Assembly (NCBI GenBank): GCA_964514305.1
Contig: CAZEQD010000004.1
Location: 20 to 64,019, forward strand
Origin: an uncultured Eubacteriales bacterium
GTDB taxonomy: Bacteria; Acidobacteriota; Aminicenantia; Aminicenantales; Aminicenantaceae
Length of the DNA: 64,000 nt
Direction of reading: 5' to 3'
Shown here: positions 27,428 through 37,351 of the stretch, piece after piece
How the letters are laid out: each line of letters begins with the position of its first letter
Position numbering within the stretch: the first letter of the stretch is position 1
Made by a program: the position numbers and the translations under genes
The notes under the pieces: generated by a model
The model's input: only the letters and a program-made list of their open reading frames with translations
Told to the model about the DNA's origin: nothing
The model's database searches: none

Positions 27428-29605
27428 ATGTCAGGCCTTAAAATAAATCTGGAAATAAGCAATCGTCTCCTTACTATCGACATCAGCAAAATTGGAAAGC
27501 AAGCAGACGGTACTGCCTTTCTCCGCTATGGAGACACCATCATGCTTATCTCTGCTACCTCTAAAAAAGAAGTAAAGGAAGAAAAGCCTTTTTTACCTTT
27601 GATTGTTGATTACAGAGAAAATACTTATGCTGCTGGAAAAATACCGGGAGGTTTTTTTAAAAGGGAAGGTAAACCTTCTGAAAGAGAAATTTTGGTCAGC
27701 CGGTTAATTGACCGGCCAATACGGCCTCTCTTTCCCGAAGGTTATTTTTATGATACGCAAATAGTTGCTCTTTTGCTTTCAGCCGACTTAGAAAATGAGC
27801 CGGATACCTTAGGAATAATAGGGGCATCTACTGCCCTTTATTTTTCTGATATTCCTTTTACTTCTCCTCTTGGCGCTGTTAAGGTTGGCCTTATCGATAA
27901 TGAATTTATTCTTAATCCAACCGTTAGCCAACTTGATAAAAGTTCTCTCAATATGGTCGTAGTGGGAACTGAAGAAGGGATTATAATGATAGAAGCTGGT
28001 GGAAAGGAAGTTGAAGAACAAAAAATTATAAAAGGCGTTTCTTTAGCTTATGACTCCATCCAAAAAATCATCCAAGCTCAGAAAGATTTATACGAAAAAT
28101 CAAACATTAAAAAAAGAGAATTCCTACCCAGGCAAATAAATTCAGATAGACTCCTAAAAATCGAGAAAGAAATCTCTTCTCCCCTTTTGGAAGCTATCCA
28201 ACTAAAACAAAAAAAAGAAAGAGAAGAAGCAACTAAAAAAATATTAGACAATCTCCTCCAGGCAATTCCTGAAGAAAATGAAGAAGAAATTAGCGAAACT
28301 AAAGAAATTTTTTATCAAATCCAAAAAAAATTAGTAAGAAATTTAATTCTCAATCAGAAGAAAAGAACTGACGGCAGAAGTTTTGATGACATAAGGCCCA
28401 TCTCTATTGAAGTGGGCATCCTGCCCCGAACTCATGGTTCAGCCCTTTTTACAAGGGGAGAGACGCAATGTTTAGCCACTGTTACTCTTGGCACTTTTGA
28501 GGATGTGCAGCGACTAGATGGTTTAGGGGAAGAAGCTGAAAAAAGATTTATGCTTCATTATAACTTTCCTCCTTTCTGTGTCGGTGAAGTCTCTTTTTTA
28601 AGGGCACCAGGCCGACGGGAAATAGGACACGGGGCCCTGGCTGAAAAATCCATCCTGCCTTCTATCCCAGATGAAGAAAAATTTCCTTATACAATTCGAA
28701 TAGTCTCAGATATCTTAGAATCCAACGGATCCTCTTCCATGGCTACTGTCTGTGGCGGAGTCCTGTCTTTAATGGATGCCGGCGTTCCCCTGTCTATGGT
28801 TATAGCTGGAATCGCTGTTGGTCTGGTTAAAGAAGACAAGAACTATGCACTTCTAACTGACATTGCTGGGCTCGAAGATCATTTTGGTGATATGGACCTT
28901 AAAGTAGCCGGCACCGAAAAAGGAATAACAGCTATCCAGCTTGATCTTAAGATTCCGGCCATTTCCCTCGAAATTTTAAAAGAAGGCCTGCTTAAAGCCA
29001 AAGAAGCTCGAATCAAGGTCTTAGAAAAAATGAAGGAAGTCTTGCCTGCACCTCGTCCTGATATTTCACCTTATGCTCCGCGCATCATTAATCTTGTTAT
29101 TAATCCAGAAAAAGCAAGCGAAGTTATTGGCCCTGCGGGAAAGGTAATTAAAAAGATTATCGCTCAAACAAAAGCCAAAATAGATATCGAAGAGAGCGGT
29201 AAAATCACTATAGCTGCCTCTGATATTCAATCAGCTGAAAAAGCAAGAGAAATGATCAGGGAAATTACCATAGAAGCTGAAGTCGGAAAAGTCTATACAG
29301 GCAAGGTTGTCCGTATAGAAGATTACGGAGCTTTTGTCGAAATTCTGCCCAACATTGTTGGCCTTCTTCACATTTCTGAAATCTCCCACCGTCACATCAG
29401 AAACATTAGAGATATCCTGAAAATTGGCCAGACTGTTCGGGTTAAAGTCATCTCAATTGATGAAGACCATAAAATAAGATTAAGTAAAAAAGTTCTTGAA
29501 CAAAATGAGCACCGGCCTTCACCCTTCAACCGCCCCCAACATAAAAAGCCTTACTCTTATCATAATCGTTATGGTAAATCTCGTTATGATAAGAAAAAAT
29601 TCTGA
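27428..29605 (+). CDS. pnp: Polynucleotide phosphorylase
   Basis: Two RNase PH domains plus KH and S1 (725 aa). Conserved rpsO-pnp arrangement. Confidence 0.9.
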   Translation: MSGLKINLEISNRLLTIDISKIGKQADGTAFLRYGDTIMLISATSKKEVKEEKPFLPLIVDYRENTYAAGKIPGGFFKREGKPSEREILVSRLIDRPIRPLFPEGYFYDTQIVALLLSADLENEPDTLGIIGASTALYFSDIPFTSPLGAVKVGLIDNEFILNPTVSQLDKSSLNMVVVGTEEGIIMIEAGGKEVEEQKIIKGVSLAYDSIQKIIQAQKDLYEKSNIKKREFLPRQINSDRLLKIEKEISSPLLEAIQLKQKKEREEATKKILDNLLQAIPEENEEEISETKEIFYQIQKKLVRNLILNQKKRTDGRSFDDIRPISIEVGILPRTHGSALFTRGETQCLATVTLGTFEDVQRLDGLGEEAEKRFMLHYNFPPFCVGEVSFLRAPGRREIGHGALAEKSILPSIPDEEKFPYTIRIVSDILESNGSSSMATVCGGVLSLMDAGVPLSMVIAGIAVGLVKEDKNYALLTDIAGLEDHFGDMDLKVAGTEKGITAIQLDLKIPAISLEILKEGLLKAKEARIKVLEKMKEVLPAPRPDISPYAPRIINLVINPEKASEVIGPAGKVIKKIIAQTKAKIDIEESGKITIAASDIQSAEKAREMIREITIEAEVGKVYTGKVVRIEDYGAFVEILPNIVGLLHISEISHRHIRNIRDILKIGQTVRVKVISIDEDHKIRLSKKVLEQNEHRPSPFNRPQHKKPYSYHNRYGKSRYDKKKF

Positions 29606-29626
29606 TAAATTTAATCAGCCAAGCTG

Positions 29627-30112
29627 ATGAGAGTCAAATCTGGTTATAATAAAGGTTTCACTCTAGTAGAAATGCTGGTGACTCTCACCATCCTAGCTAT
29701 TATGGCCTCAGCCATTCTACCCTTAGCAAAAACAGCCGTAAAGAGAGAAAAAGAAATTGAATTGAGAAGAAGCTTAAGGATGATAAGGGAAGCAATCGAC
29801 GCCTATAAAAAATTAGCCGATGAAAAAAAGATTAAAGTTGAAGAAGAAACAGAAGGTTATCCTCCTGATTTAGAAACCCTGGTTAAGGGAGTCGAAGTTA
29901 AAGCTGAAATACAAGGCAAAAAAGAAGTAACAAAAATCATTAAGTTTTTAAGAAGAATCCCCAAAGACCCTATGACTAACTCTTATGATTGGGGACTACG
30001 CTCTTATCAAGATGAACCTGATTCTGAGGTCTGGGGAGGACAAAACGTTTATGATGTTTATACTAAAAGCCAGGCTAAAGCTCTTGATGGAACCAAGTAT
30101 AAAGATTGGTAA
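29627..30112 (+). CDS. Prepilin-type N-terminal cleavage/methylation domain protein (pseudopilin)
   Basis: 'GFTLVEMLVTLTILAIMASAI'. Confidence 0.7.
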   Translation: MRVKSGYNKGFTLVEMLVTLTILAIMASAILPLAKTAVKREKEIELRRSLRMIREAIDAYKKLADEKKIKVEEETEGYPPDLETLVKGVEVKAEIQGKKEVTKIIKFLRRIPKDPMTNSYDWGLRSYQDEPDSEVWGGQNVYDVYTKSQAKALDGTKYKDW

Positions 30113-30116
30113 GAAA

Positions 30117-30530
30117 ATGAAGAAGAAATTACTTTCCTCCAGACAACAAGGATTTACTCTAATTGAAATGATAATCGTTTTTACCCTCATTGGTATCCTG
30201 GTTGGTCTAGGCATTCCTCAATATAAATATGCCGTTAAAAGAGCAAGAGAGTCAGTTCTAAGAGAAAATTTATTCCAAATGAGAAAACTCATCAATCAGT
30301 ATTATGCGGATAAGGGAAAATATCCGCCTTCACTCCAGGCTTTAGTTGATGAAGAATATTTACAAAAAATACCCATAGATCCCATCACTAAATCTTCAGA
30401 AACATGGGTTGAAGTTAGAAAAACATTGACTGATGAAGAAATAATGGCTGGCCAAGAACCTGGAGTCATAGATGTTCTTTCTGGTTCCGATAAAAAAGGA
30501 CTGGATGGCACTCCTTATAACACTTGGTAA
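30117..30530 (+). CDS. GspG-like pseudopilin
   Basis: 'MKKKLLSSRQQGFTLIEMIIVFTLIGILVGLGIP'. Start re-assigned to the ATG at 30117. Confidence 0.7.
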   Translation: MKKKLLSSRQQGFTLIEMIIVFTLIGILVGLGIPQYKYAVKRARESVLRENLFQMRKLINQYYADKGKYPPSLQALVDEEYLQKIPIDPITKSSETWVEVRKTLTDEEIMAGQEPGVIDVLSGSDKKGLDGTPYNTW

Positions 30531-30539
30531 TCTCTGAAG

Positions 30540-31073
30540 ATGAAATTTTCTACTGGCGAAAAAGGCTATACTTTAATTATCCTTTTGATCGCTATTGCAG
30601 TCATGAGTGTGGGCTTATTAATAGCTATTCCTGTCTGGAAAACGCAAATTCAACGAGAAAAAGAAGCTGAGTTAATCTTTCGCGGCCATCAATACGTAGA
30701 GGCTGTTCGCCTCTATCAATTAAAATATCCAGGCCGCTTTCCTCATTCTCTCAAAGAACTCTTGGGAGAAAAATGTATCCGCAGACTTTACAAAGAGCCG
30801 ATGACTAAGGATGGCCTCTGGGATGTAATCCTCCTTTATCAGGGAGTCTCTCGTCAAAGAGGACAATCGCCCCAAAAGGTGATGATAGCTCCCCAAAGAG
30901 TGCTTTCTTCCTTGGACAATCCCCAAATCTTGGGAGTGGTAAGCTCATCCCCACAAAAATCCATAAAAATATACAATGGGCAGACGTCCTATGATAAATG
31001 GCTTTTCTTTTATGGACAAGACCCGCAGCGAATGCCTGAAATTATCCGTTATGGTCAAGCCGAACAAAAGTAA
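30540..31073 (+). CDS. Pilin-like N-terminal domain protein
   Basis: 'KGYTLIILLIAIAVMSVGLLIAIP'. Confidence 0.55.
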   Translation: MKFSTGEKGYTLIILLIAIAVMSVGLLIAIPVWKTQIQREKEAELIFRGHQYVEAVRLYQLKYPGRFPHSLKELLGEKCIRRLYKEPMTKDGLWDVILLYQGVSRQRGQSPQKVMIAPQRVLSSLDNPQILGVVSSSPQKSIKIYNGQTSYDKWLFFYGQDPQRMPEIIRYGQAEQK

Positions 31074-32203
31074 TGGCTTTTATTCTTATCGTTGCCGGCG
31101 AAAATTCAGGAGAAAAATATGGAGCTCGGCTTGTCCACGAATTTAAAAGATTAAATCCCTCTTTCCAATTTTTTGGCATTGGTGGCTGCCGTATGAAAGA
31201 AGAAGGGGTTAACCTTCTTTATTCTATCCAAGACATGGGAATAGTTGGTGGCCTTGAGGTTGTAAGCCACTTCCCCAGGCTTATAAAAATATTCAATCAT
31301 CTCCAAAGAGAGATTCGCAGTAAAAAACCCTCAGCTGCTGTTCTCATTGATTCACCCGATTTTAACCTCCGTCTGGCTAAAAAACTTAAAAAATACTCAA
31401 TCCCTATCCTTTATTATGTAAGTCCTACGGTCTGGGCCTGGAGGAAAAAAAGACTAAAAGTCATCAAAAAAACTGTCTCAAAAATGCTTCTAATATTTCC
31501 ATTTGAAGAAAAAATTTATAAAAATCATGAAATTCCAGCTAAATATATTGGCCATCCTCTTTCAGAAATCATTAATCTTTCTCTGACCAAAGAAGAATTT
31601 TACCAAAAATATGAGCTGTACCCTGGCCAAAAAATAATAGCCCTAATGCCAGGCAGCCGCCAGAGCGAACTAAAATTTCATCTACCAGTCTTACTTAAAG
31701 CCATGGTCAAAATAAAGGCTGAATTTCCAGTTCAATTTCTTCTTCTCAAAGCAGAAAACATCGAAGCCGACCTTTTAGAAAAATATTTAAAAAATGCAAA
31801 AAGCAACTTGAAGATATTAAATAACAATAAATATGAAGCTTTAGCTTACGCCCATCTTGTCCTGGCCGCCTGTGGCACGTCTAACCTAGAAGCAGCTCTT
31901 TTAGGCACTCCCCTCATTGCTTTCTATCGAATTTTTCCTCTTACTTATCTTTTTGGCATAAAATTAATTAAGATTAAAAACTACAGTATAGTCAACATTC
32001 TTGCCGGGGAAAAAATCATCCCTGAGTTAATCCAGCATAACTTTACGCCTGAAAATATCTTCCAGGAGACAAAAAAAATCCTGGGATCAGAACTGATAAA
32101 ATCAAGGATGGTGGAAAACTTTTCTCACCTAAAAAAAACATTAAACAAAGGTCAGGCTTCCTTAACAGCTGCCCAAGAATTAGAAAAGCTATTAAGATTT
32201 TAA
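31073..32203 (+). CDS. lpxB: Lipid-A-disaccharide synthase
   Basis: 'ILIVAGENSGEKYGARL' N-terminus; ~376-aa GT19. Confidence 0.8.
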   Translation: MAFILIVAGENSGEKYGARLVHEFKRLNPSFQFFGIGGCRMKEEGVNLLYSIQDMGIVGGLEVVSHFPRLIKIFNHLQREIRSKKPSAAVLIDSPDFNLRLAKKLKKYSIPILYYVSPTVWAWRKKRLKVIKKTVSKMLLIFPFEEKIYKNHEIPAKYIGHPLSEIINLSLTKEEFYQKYELYPGQKIIALMPGSRQSELKFHLPVLLKAMVKIKAEFPVQFLLLKAENIEADLLEKYLKNAKSNLKILNNNKYEALAYAHLVLAACGTSNLEAALLGTPLIAFYRIFPLTYLFGIKLIKIKNYSIVNILAGEKIIPELIQHNFTPENIFQETKKILGSELIKSRMVENFSHLKKTLNKGQASLTAAQELEKLLRF

Positions 32204-32210
32204 TCTTTAT

Positions 32211-32708
32211 TTAGTTGGAGGGGATAATAAATTCCAGCTTATCTAATAATTTAAGCTGATTCTTGGCTACACTGCCTGCCTTTAATTCCAATACATAAGT
32301 AGCTGGCAATTGAGAAGAATAGGTGGGACAAGGTTCCTTCAGACAAGGAGGAACATTTTCTTCGAGGTGTATAATTCTTTTTTCCTTGTCCAGCCAGAGG
32401 ATATCGATAGAAAATTTCATGTTTTTCATCCAGAAAGGATAAATACCCCCTTTTTCGAAAATAAAGAGCATCCCTTGATCTTCATTAATTTTTTCCCGAA
32501 ACATAAGCCCCAGAGCTCTTTCTTCCTCAGTTCTTGCCAACTCAGCTGTTACCGAGAAGCCATTAGGAAAAAAAACTCTGATATAGCCTTTTTTACCCCC
32601 TTCGACAGAGATAAAAATTAGACTTAAAATTAAAAAAAGGAACAAAACAGGCAGCGAATGAGGCGCTCTTAATTGGTTATTATTTCTTTTAGTTGCTTTT
32701 CGGGTCAT
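32211..32708 (-). CDS. DUF192 (COG1430) protein
   Basis: 'DQGMLFIF...FWMKNMKFSIDILWLD' block. Confidence 0.6.
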   Translation of the reverse strand: MTRKATKRNNNQLRAPHSLPVLFLFLILSLIFISVEGGKKGYIRVFFPNGFSVTAELARTEEERALGLMFREKINEDQGMLFIFEKGGIYPFWMKNMKFSIDILWLDKEKRIIHLEENVPPCLKEPCPTYSSQLPATYVLELKAGSVAKNQLKLLDKLEFIIPSN

Positions 32709-32712
32709 GGTT

Positions 32713-33345
32713 TCAATGAATAGAGACTAAAGGCACAAATCTAACAGGTAACAATTTTTTTTTCTTAAATTTTTTCTTGTCTCTGGTAATAAGCACTAAT
32801 TCTTGGAAAGTAGAGCCAACTGGAATAATCATTCTGCCTGATATCCTCAGCTGTTTCTTGAGGCCTTCGGGAACTTTAGAAGGAGCAGCTGTAACTATAA
32901 TGCCATCATAAGGGGCATATTCTGGCCAGCCTAAAGTGCCATCTCCGATTTTAAAATTAATATTTTTATACCCCAGTTGACTTAATATTTTTTGAGCCCT
33001 TAAAGAAAGTTCCCCTAAAATCTCAATAGTATAAACCTCTTCAGCTATTTCAGCCAGGACAGCCGCTTGATATCCAGAACCGGTTCCTACTTCTAAGACT
33101 CTCTCCCTTCCTGTCAGCTGAAGAACCTCAGTCATATAAGCCACAATATAGGGCTGGGAAATAGTCTGACCATAACCTATTGGGAGGGGCTCATCACTAT
33201 AAGCATATGGAAGCATTTCTTTGCTGACAAACAGGTGACGGGGAACTTTTTTCATGGCTTCTAGGACTTTTTCATCTTTTACGCCTCTATTTTTTATCTG
33301 TGATTCTACCATTTTTTCTCTTTCTCGGCTGAAATTCTTTGTCAT
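32713..33345 (-). CDS. pcm: Protein-L-isoaspartate O-methyltransferase
   Basis: 'VLEVGTGSGYQAAVLA' SAM-binding motif. Confidence 0.85.
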   Translation of the reverse strand: MTKNFSREREKMVESQIKNRGVKDEKVLEAMKKVPRHLFVSKEMLPYAYSDEPLPIGYGQTISQPYIVAYMTEVLQLTGRERVLEVGTGSGYQAAVLAEIAEEVYTIEILGELSLRAQKILSQLGYKNINFKIGDGTLGWPEYAPYDGIIVTAAPSKVPEGLKKQLRISGRMIIPVGSTFQELVLITRDKKKFKKKKLLPVRFVPLVSIH

Positions 33346-33379
33346 CCCGCCTTCTTAATAAAAAAGGATTCTTTCTGAT

Positions 33380-34834
33380 TTAGTAAGCCCGAGCAAAATA
33401 GACAAAATTTTCAGCTTTTTTCTTACAAAAAACACACTCTCCAGTTGATTGAGGCTTATTATCAGATAAGATGATGGCTCTGATGGTAGCCATTGTTTCC
33501 TCTTTTATCTTTTCTTCACATCTTTGCTGACCACACCAAAATGCCTTAACAAACCCTCTTTTTGATTCAATCAAAGTTTTAAGTTCCTGGTAGTTTCGAG
33601 CTTCGTGGGTATTAGCTTGCAAAAATTCTAAAGCTTGATTAAATAAATTTTCTTGAACTTGCTCTAAAACCTGCCGCGTCTTTTTTTGCAGATGATCAAG
33701 CTTGACCGTTTGCTTGGCTAAGGTGTCTCGTCGAACCAAGACTGCTTGATTTTCCTTGATATCTCTAGGCCCCACTTCAATTCTTAAAGGAACCCCCCTC
33801 ATCTCCCACTCCGAGAATTTCCAGCCAGGAGTAAATTCTTCTCTTTCATCTAATTTAACTCTAAGGCCTGCCTTTAGTAACTTTTTCTTAATTTTTTGAG
33901 CTACAGGCAAAACGCTTTCTTTCCAATTACCGATAGAAATAGGAATAATCACTACTTGAAGCGGAGCAACCCTGGGGGGGAATTTAAGTCCAGAATCATC
34001 TCCATGAGACATAATCAAGGCTCCGATCAAGCGAGTGGAAACTCCCCATGATGTTTGCCAGACATACTGAAGATTCTGATCTCTATCTTCAAATCGAATA
34101 TTAAAGACTTTAGAAAAATGCTGCCCCAGATTATGGGAAGTTCCCATCTGAAGAGCTTTGCCATCAGCCATCAAAGCTTCTATAGAATATGTCTCTAAAG
34201 CCCCAGCGAATTTCTCTCTTTCACTCTTTTTGCCTGAGATAACTGGAATGGCCAATTCTGTTTCGACAAATTCTTTATATAGTTCTAAGATCATCAATGT
34301 CTCTTTTTGGGCTTCTTCATAGGTTTCGTGTGCAGTATGACCTTCCTGCCACAAAAACTCAGTTGTTCTTAAAAATGGCCTGGTCACTTTTTCCCAGCGA
34401 ACAATGTTAGCCCATTGATTAATCAAAAGAGGCAAATCCCGCCAGGATTTTACCCATTTAGAATACATGTTGCCAATTATTGCCTCTGAAGTAGGCCTAA
34501 CAGCCAGTCTTTCTTCCAATTCTTCTTTCCCTCCATGAGTAACCCAGGCTACTTCCGGTGAAAATCCTTCTAAATGTTCGGTTTCTTTTTTTAAAAAACT
34601 TTCAGGAATAAAGAGAGGGAAATAAGCGTTAGAATGGCCGCTTTCTTTTATTCTTTTATCAAGTAATGATTGAATATTCTCCCAGATAGCGTAGCCATAA
34701 GGTCTTATAACCATCATCCCCTTGATCGGGGCATAATCAGCAAGCTCTGCTTTGCGGATAAGCTCAACATACCATTTTGAAAAATCCTCACTCTTGGGAG
34801 TAAGCTTTTTTACATATCGCTGTTTTTCCTTCAA
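33380..34834 (-). CDS. proS: Proline--tRNA ligase, archaeal/eukaryotic-type
   Basis: 484 aa, class II aaRS motifs, no bacterial insertion domain. Confidence 0.85.
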   Translation of the reverse strand: MKEKQRYVKKLTPKSEDFSKWYVELIRKAELADYAPIKGMMVIRPYGYAIWENIQSLLDKRIKESGHSNAYFPLFIPESFLKKETEHLEGFSPEVAWVTHGGKEELEERLAVRPTSEAIIGNMYSKWVKSWRDLPLLINQWANIVRWEKVTRPFLRTTEFLWQEGHTAHETYEEAQKETLMILELYKEFVETELAIPVISGKKSEREKFAGALETYSIEALMADGKALQMGTSHNLGQHFSKVFNIRFEDRDQNLQYVWQTSWGVSTRLIGALIMSHGDDSGLKFPPRVAPLQVVIIPISIGNWKESVLPVAQKIKKKLLKAGLRVKLDEREEFTPGWKFSEWEMRGVPLRIEVGPRDIKENQAVLVRRDTLAKQTVKLDHLQKKTRQVLEQVQENLFNQALEFLQANTHEARNYQELKTLIESKRGFVKAFWCGQQRCEEKIKEETMATIRAIILSDNKPQSTGECVFCKKKAENFVYFARAY

Positions 34835-35071
34835 CTTTTTATTCCTAAATCAGATTCTCGGTCATTCTATCGACAGCTGATTTTTTTGTCAAGAAAAGGA
34901 GGGTATTTATCCCGGCCATTGTCAGCATCACAAACTGAGAAATTAAAATTTACAAGAAAATTTATTCTCTCCAATTCAAATTCACCCCTTATTTCATCCA
35001 AAAAGGTGATTGACCAAGCCAAAAAAAAATGCAATTTTATCATTTCAAAAAAAATGGAAAAGGAAGCGGTC

Positions 35072-35431
35072 ATGCCAGACAAAATCTCTACCGAAGATAT
35101 TAGTCTAAACAAACAATCGGAAAAAGGTTTTAAACTTCCCCTGCCTGCTATTATCGAAGGCACTAACAAATTTGGAACTCCTTTTAAAGAAAAAACAACC
35201 TTATCTTATATAAGTCATCAGGGATGTTCTTTTTGGTTAATTAACAATGTGGCTCTCGGCCACGAATTAAAATTAAGCATTGATCTCCCGCCCACCCTTT
35301 CCGAAGGAAAGCAACTCAAGCTTAAAATAAAAGGAAAAGTGGCCTTTATTGAAGCCACTAACAGTAAAGATTTAAGGCAGAGAATTTCACTTCGGTTTGA
35401 AAATAAATATATCATTCAAGCTGAAGAATAA
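35072..35431 (+). CDS. PilZ-like beta-barrel domain protein (tentative), paralog 1
   Basis: 'YISHQGCSF' resembles the PilZ D/NxSxxG..F block. No RxxxR. Start chosen at 'MPDKIS'. Confidence 0.3.
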   Translation: MPDKISTEDISLNKQSEKGFKLPLPAIIEGTNKFGTPFKEKTTLSYISHQGCSFWLINNVALGHELKLSIDLPPTLSEGKQLKLKIKGKVAFIEATNSKDLRQRISLRFENKYIIQAEE

Positions 35432-35587
35432 AGTCATTATTCTTGAGAAAAATAAGTTGTTGAGACGTCTTAATATATTAATGTATTAAAAAATGAAAAT
35501 TGAAGATAATTAGTCATTGTTTTAACCATCTTAGATGATAAAAAACGGAAAAAATTCACCCTTTAATTCATCTCTAAAAGGGATTGA

Positions 35588-36007
35588 ATGAAGGAATTAG
35601 CTATGGGACAATGCCTTCCAGTGATGAAACTGATAAGAATGCCTGATAAATCCTCCATCCAAGGTGTCGCCAAAGTGACGAGGAGAGAGCGTGCTTTCAA
35701 GCTCTCTCTTCCAACTTTGGTTTCGGGCATTGATGCTTATGGTAATTCCTTTCAAGAAAGAACAGATCTATGTTCAATAAGTTCCCAAGAAGCAACTTTT
35801 TGGCTTAATTCAGGAGTTACTATAGGCTCCAAACTGAACCTTTCTCTTGAAATTCCCAAAACCCTTATTCTTGAAAATAAGCTTAGACTTCTTCTATCGG
35901 GTACAGTTGTCTATGTTAAGGCTGAATCAAAATCAAAAAAGAAGCAGCTCATCTCTGTCCAACTGGATCGAACCTATAAAATTCAATCTAATTCGCCTAA
36001 AATATGA
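35588..36007 (+). CDS. PilZ-like beta-barrel domain protein (tentative), paralog 2
   Basis: 'TRRERAF' and 'SISSQEATF'. Same architecture as paralog 1. The start may be at 35639 ('MPDKSS'). Confidence 0.3.
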   Translation: MKELAMGQCLPVMKLIRMPDKSSIQGVAKVTRRERAFKLSLPTLVSGIDAYGNSFQERTDLCSISSQEATFWLNSGVTIGSKLNLSLEIPKTLILENKLRLLLSGTVVYVKAESKSKKKQLISVQLDRTYKIQSNSPKI

Positions 36008-36379
36008 TTTATTGGCGTTTTTTAATAGGGTAAACTTTCCATCTTTTCCTTCCGAAAAAAAATTTTAGACCAAGTTTTGCTCCTAGCCTCATTCTATTCA
36101 AGCTAAAATCAAGAATTCTTAATATTTAGAGAATTCTTCTTAAAGGAGTCGGTTTCCATTCATCCTCGCCAAATAGCCTCATCAATTACTGTGCCAGGTT
36201 TTGGCTGGATGACTATCGATTCCGCCTTACCTACCTGGAGGCAATTGATCTTCTCATTTATGCCAGAAATAAAGAAGCTTACAAAAACTCTTTATTTTTT
36301 GACAAAAAATTCAAGGTTAAGTATAAATATAATGTCCCAGGAATTAAGGCTAAAAATTATTGATCGGGGGTAAAAGGCT

Positions 36380-37351
36380 ATGCATCGCAAGCCATTAAAT
36401 TGGATATTAATCTTACTGTTCATGTGGCTGGCCAGCAGTTTGAATTTAAAAAGCCAGGAAATAGATCCTTTTTATCTTAATCTTTTAAATCAAGGAGAAA
36501 AATCATTCTCAGCTGGTAATTATAAACAAGCCATTAAAGAGCTGGAAATTGCTGCCTTCGGGCTTCTAGAAGAAAATTTATTAAGAGCTAAAGCCTATGT
36601 TTATTTAGGTTTAAGCTATTATAATTTAAGAGATCTGGCTAAAAGCAAAAAATACCTAATTAAAGCCAAAAAATGCTTGGGCCAAGCTGATCCACAACAA
36701 TTAAATATAGATGAAACCCTTATTATTGAATTTAACAATCTGGTAAATTCTTTCCAGCTAACGGAAAAGCAAAAAATTAATGCCGAAAAAAAGGTCAGTT
36801 CATTGAATTCAGTTACCAAGACTTCTGGAAGAGAAGAAAAAGCTAAAAGAGAAACAGCCACCAGAATTGAAGAGCTTAGAAGAGGTATAAAAGCAGATCC
36901 TCGGAATATATCTCTCCATTACGAGCTCTATCAAATTTACCTCGATCAAAATAATATAAAAGAAGCCAAAAAAGTCCTCAAAGACTTAGCCAAGAAAAAT
37001 CCTGCAGAAATTAATAGTTATTATTTACTTGGAAAAATTGAATTTAAGGACAGAAAATATAAAGAAGCCCAACAGGCTTTTGCCAAAATGTTAAATATAT
37101 CTCAAAGAGTCAAATTTGATGAAATAAAAATAACTGAAGCTAAAGCCTATCTGATTCTTTCTACCTATTTTCGAGGAAAAAGAAAAGATACACAAAAAAT
37201 GGTGGCAGACTGGAGAGAAGAGTTAACTCCAGCCAAAATTAGTCTATTATCATTAGATATTGGTGAAAAAGAAATACTGCAAAAAATAATAAATACTTAT
37301 AAAATCCGGGTCAAAACTGAAAAAGATAATTTTCAATTTTCATCTTTTTAA
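36380..37351 (+). CDS. Secreted TPR-repeat protein
   Basis: Signal peptide; TPR-like helical repeats. Confidence 0.5.
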   Translation: MHRKPLNWILILLFMWLASSLNLKSQEIDPFYLNLLNQGEKSFSAGNYKQAIKELEIAAFGLLEENLLRAKAYVYLGLSYYNLRDLAKSKKYLIKAKKCLGQADPQQLNIDETLIIEFNNLVNSFQLTEKQKINAEKKVSSLNSVTKTSGREEKAKRETATRIEELRRGIKADPRNISLHYELYQIYLDQNNIKEAKKVLKDLAKKNPAEINSYYLLGKIEFKDRKYKEAQQAFAKMLNISQRVKFDEIKITEAKAYLILSTYFRGKRKDTQKMVADWREELTPAKISLLSLDIGEKEILQKIINTYKIRVKTEKDNFQFSSF

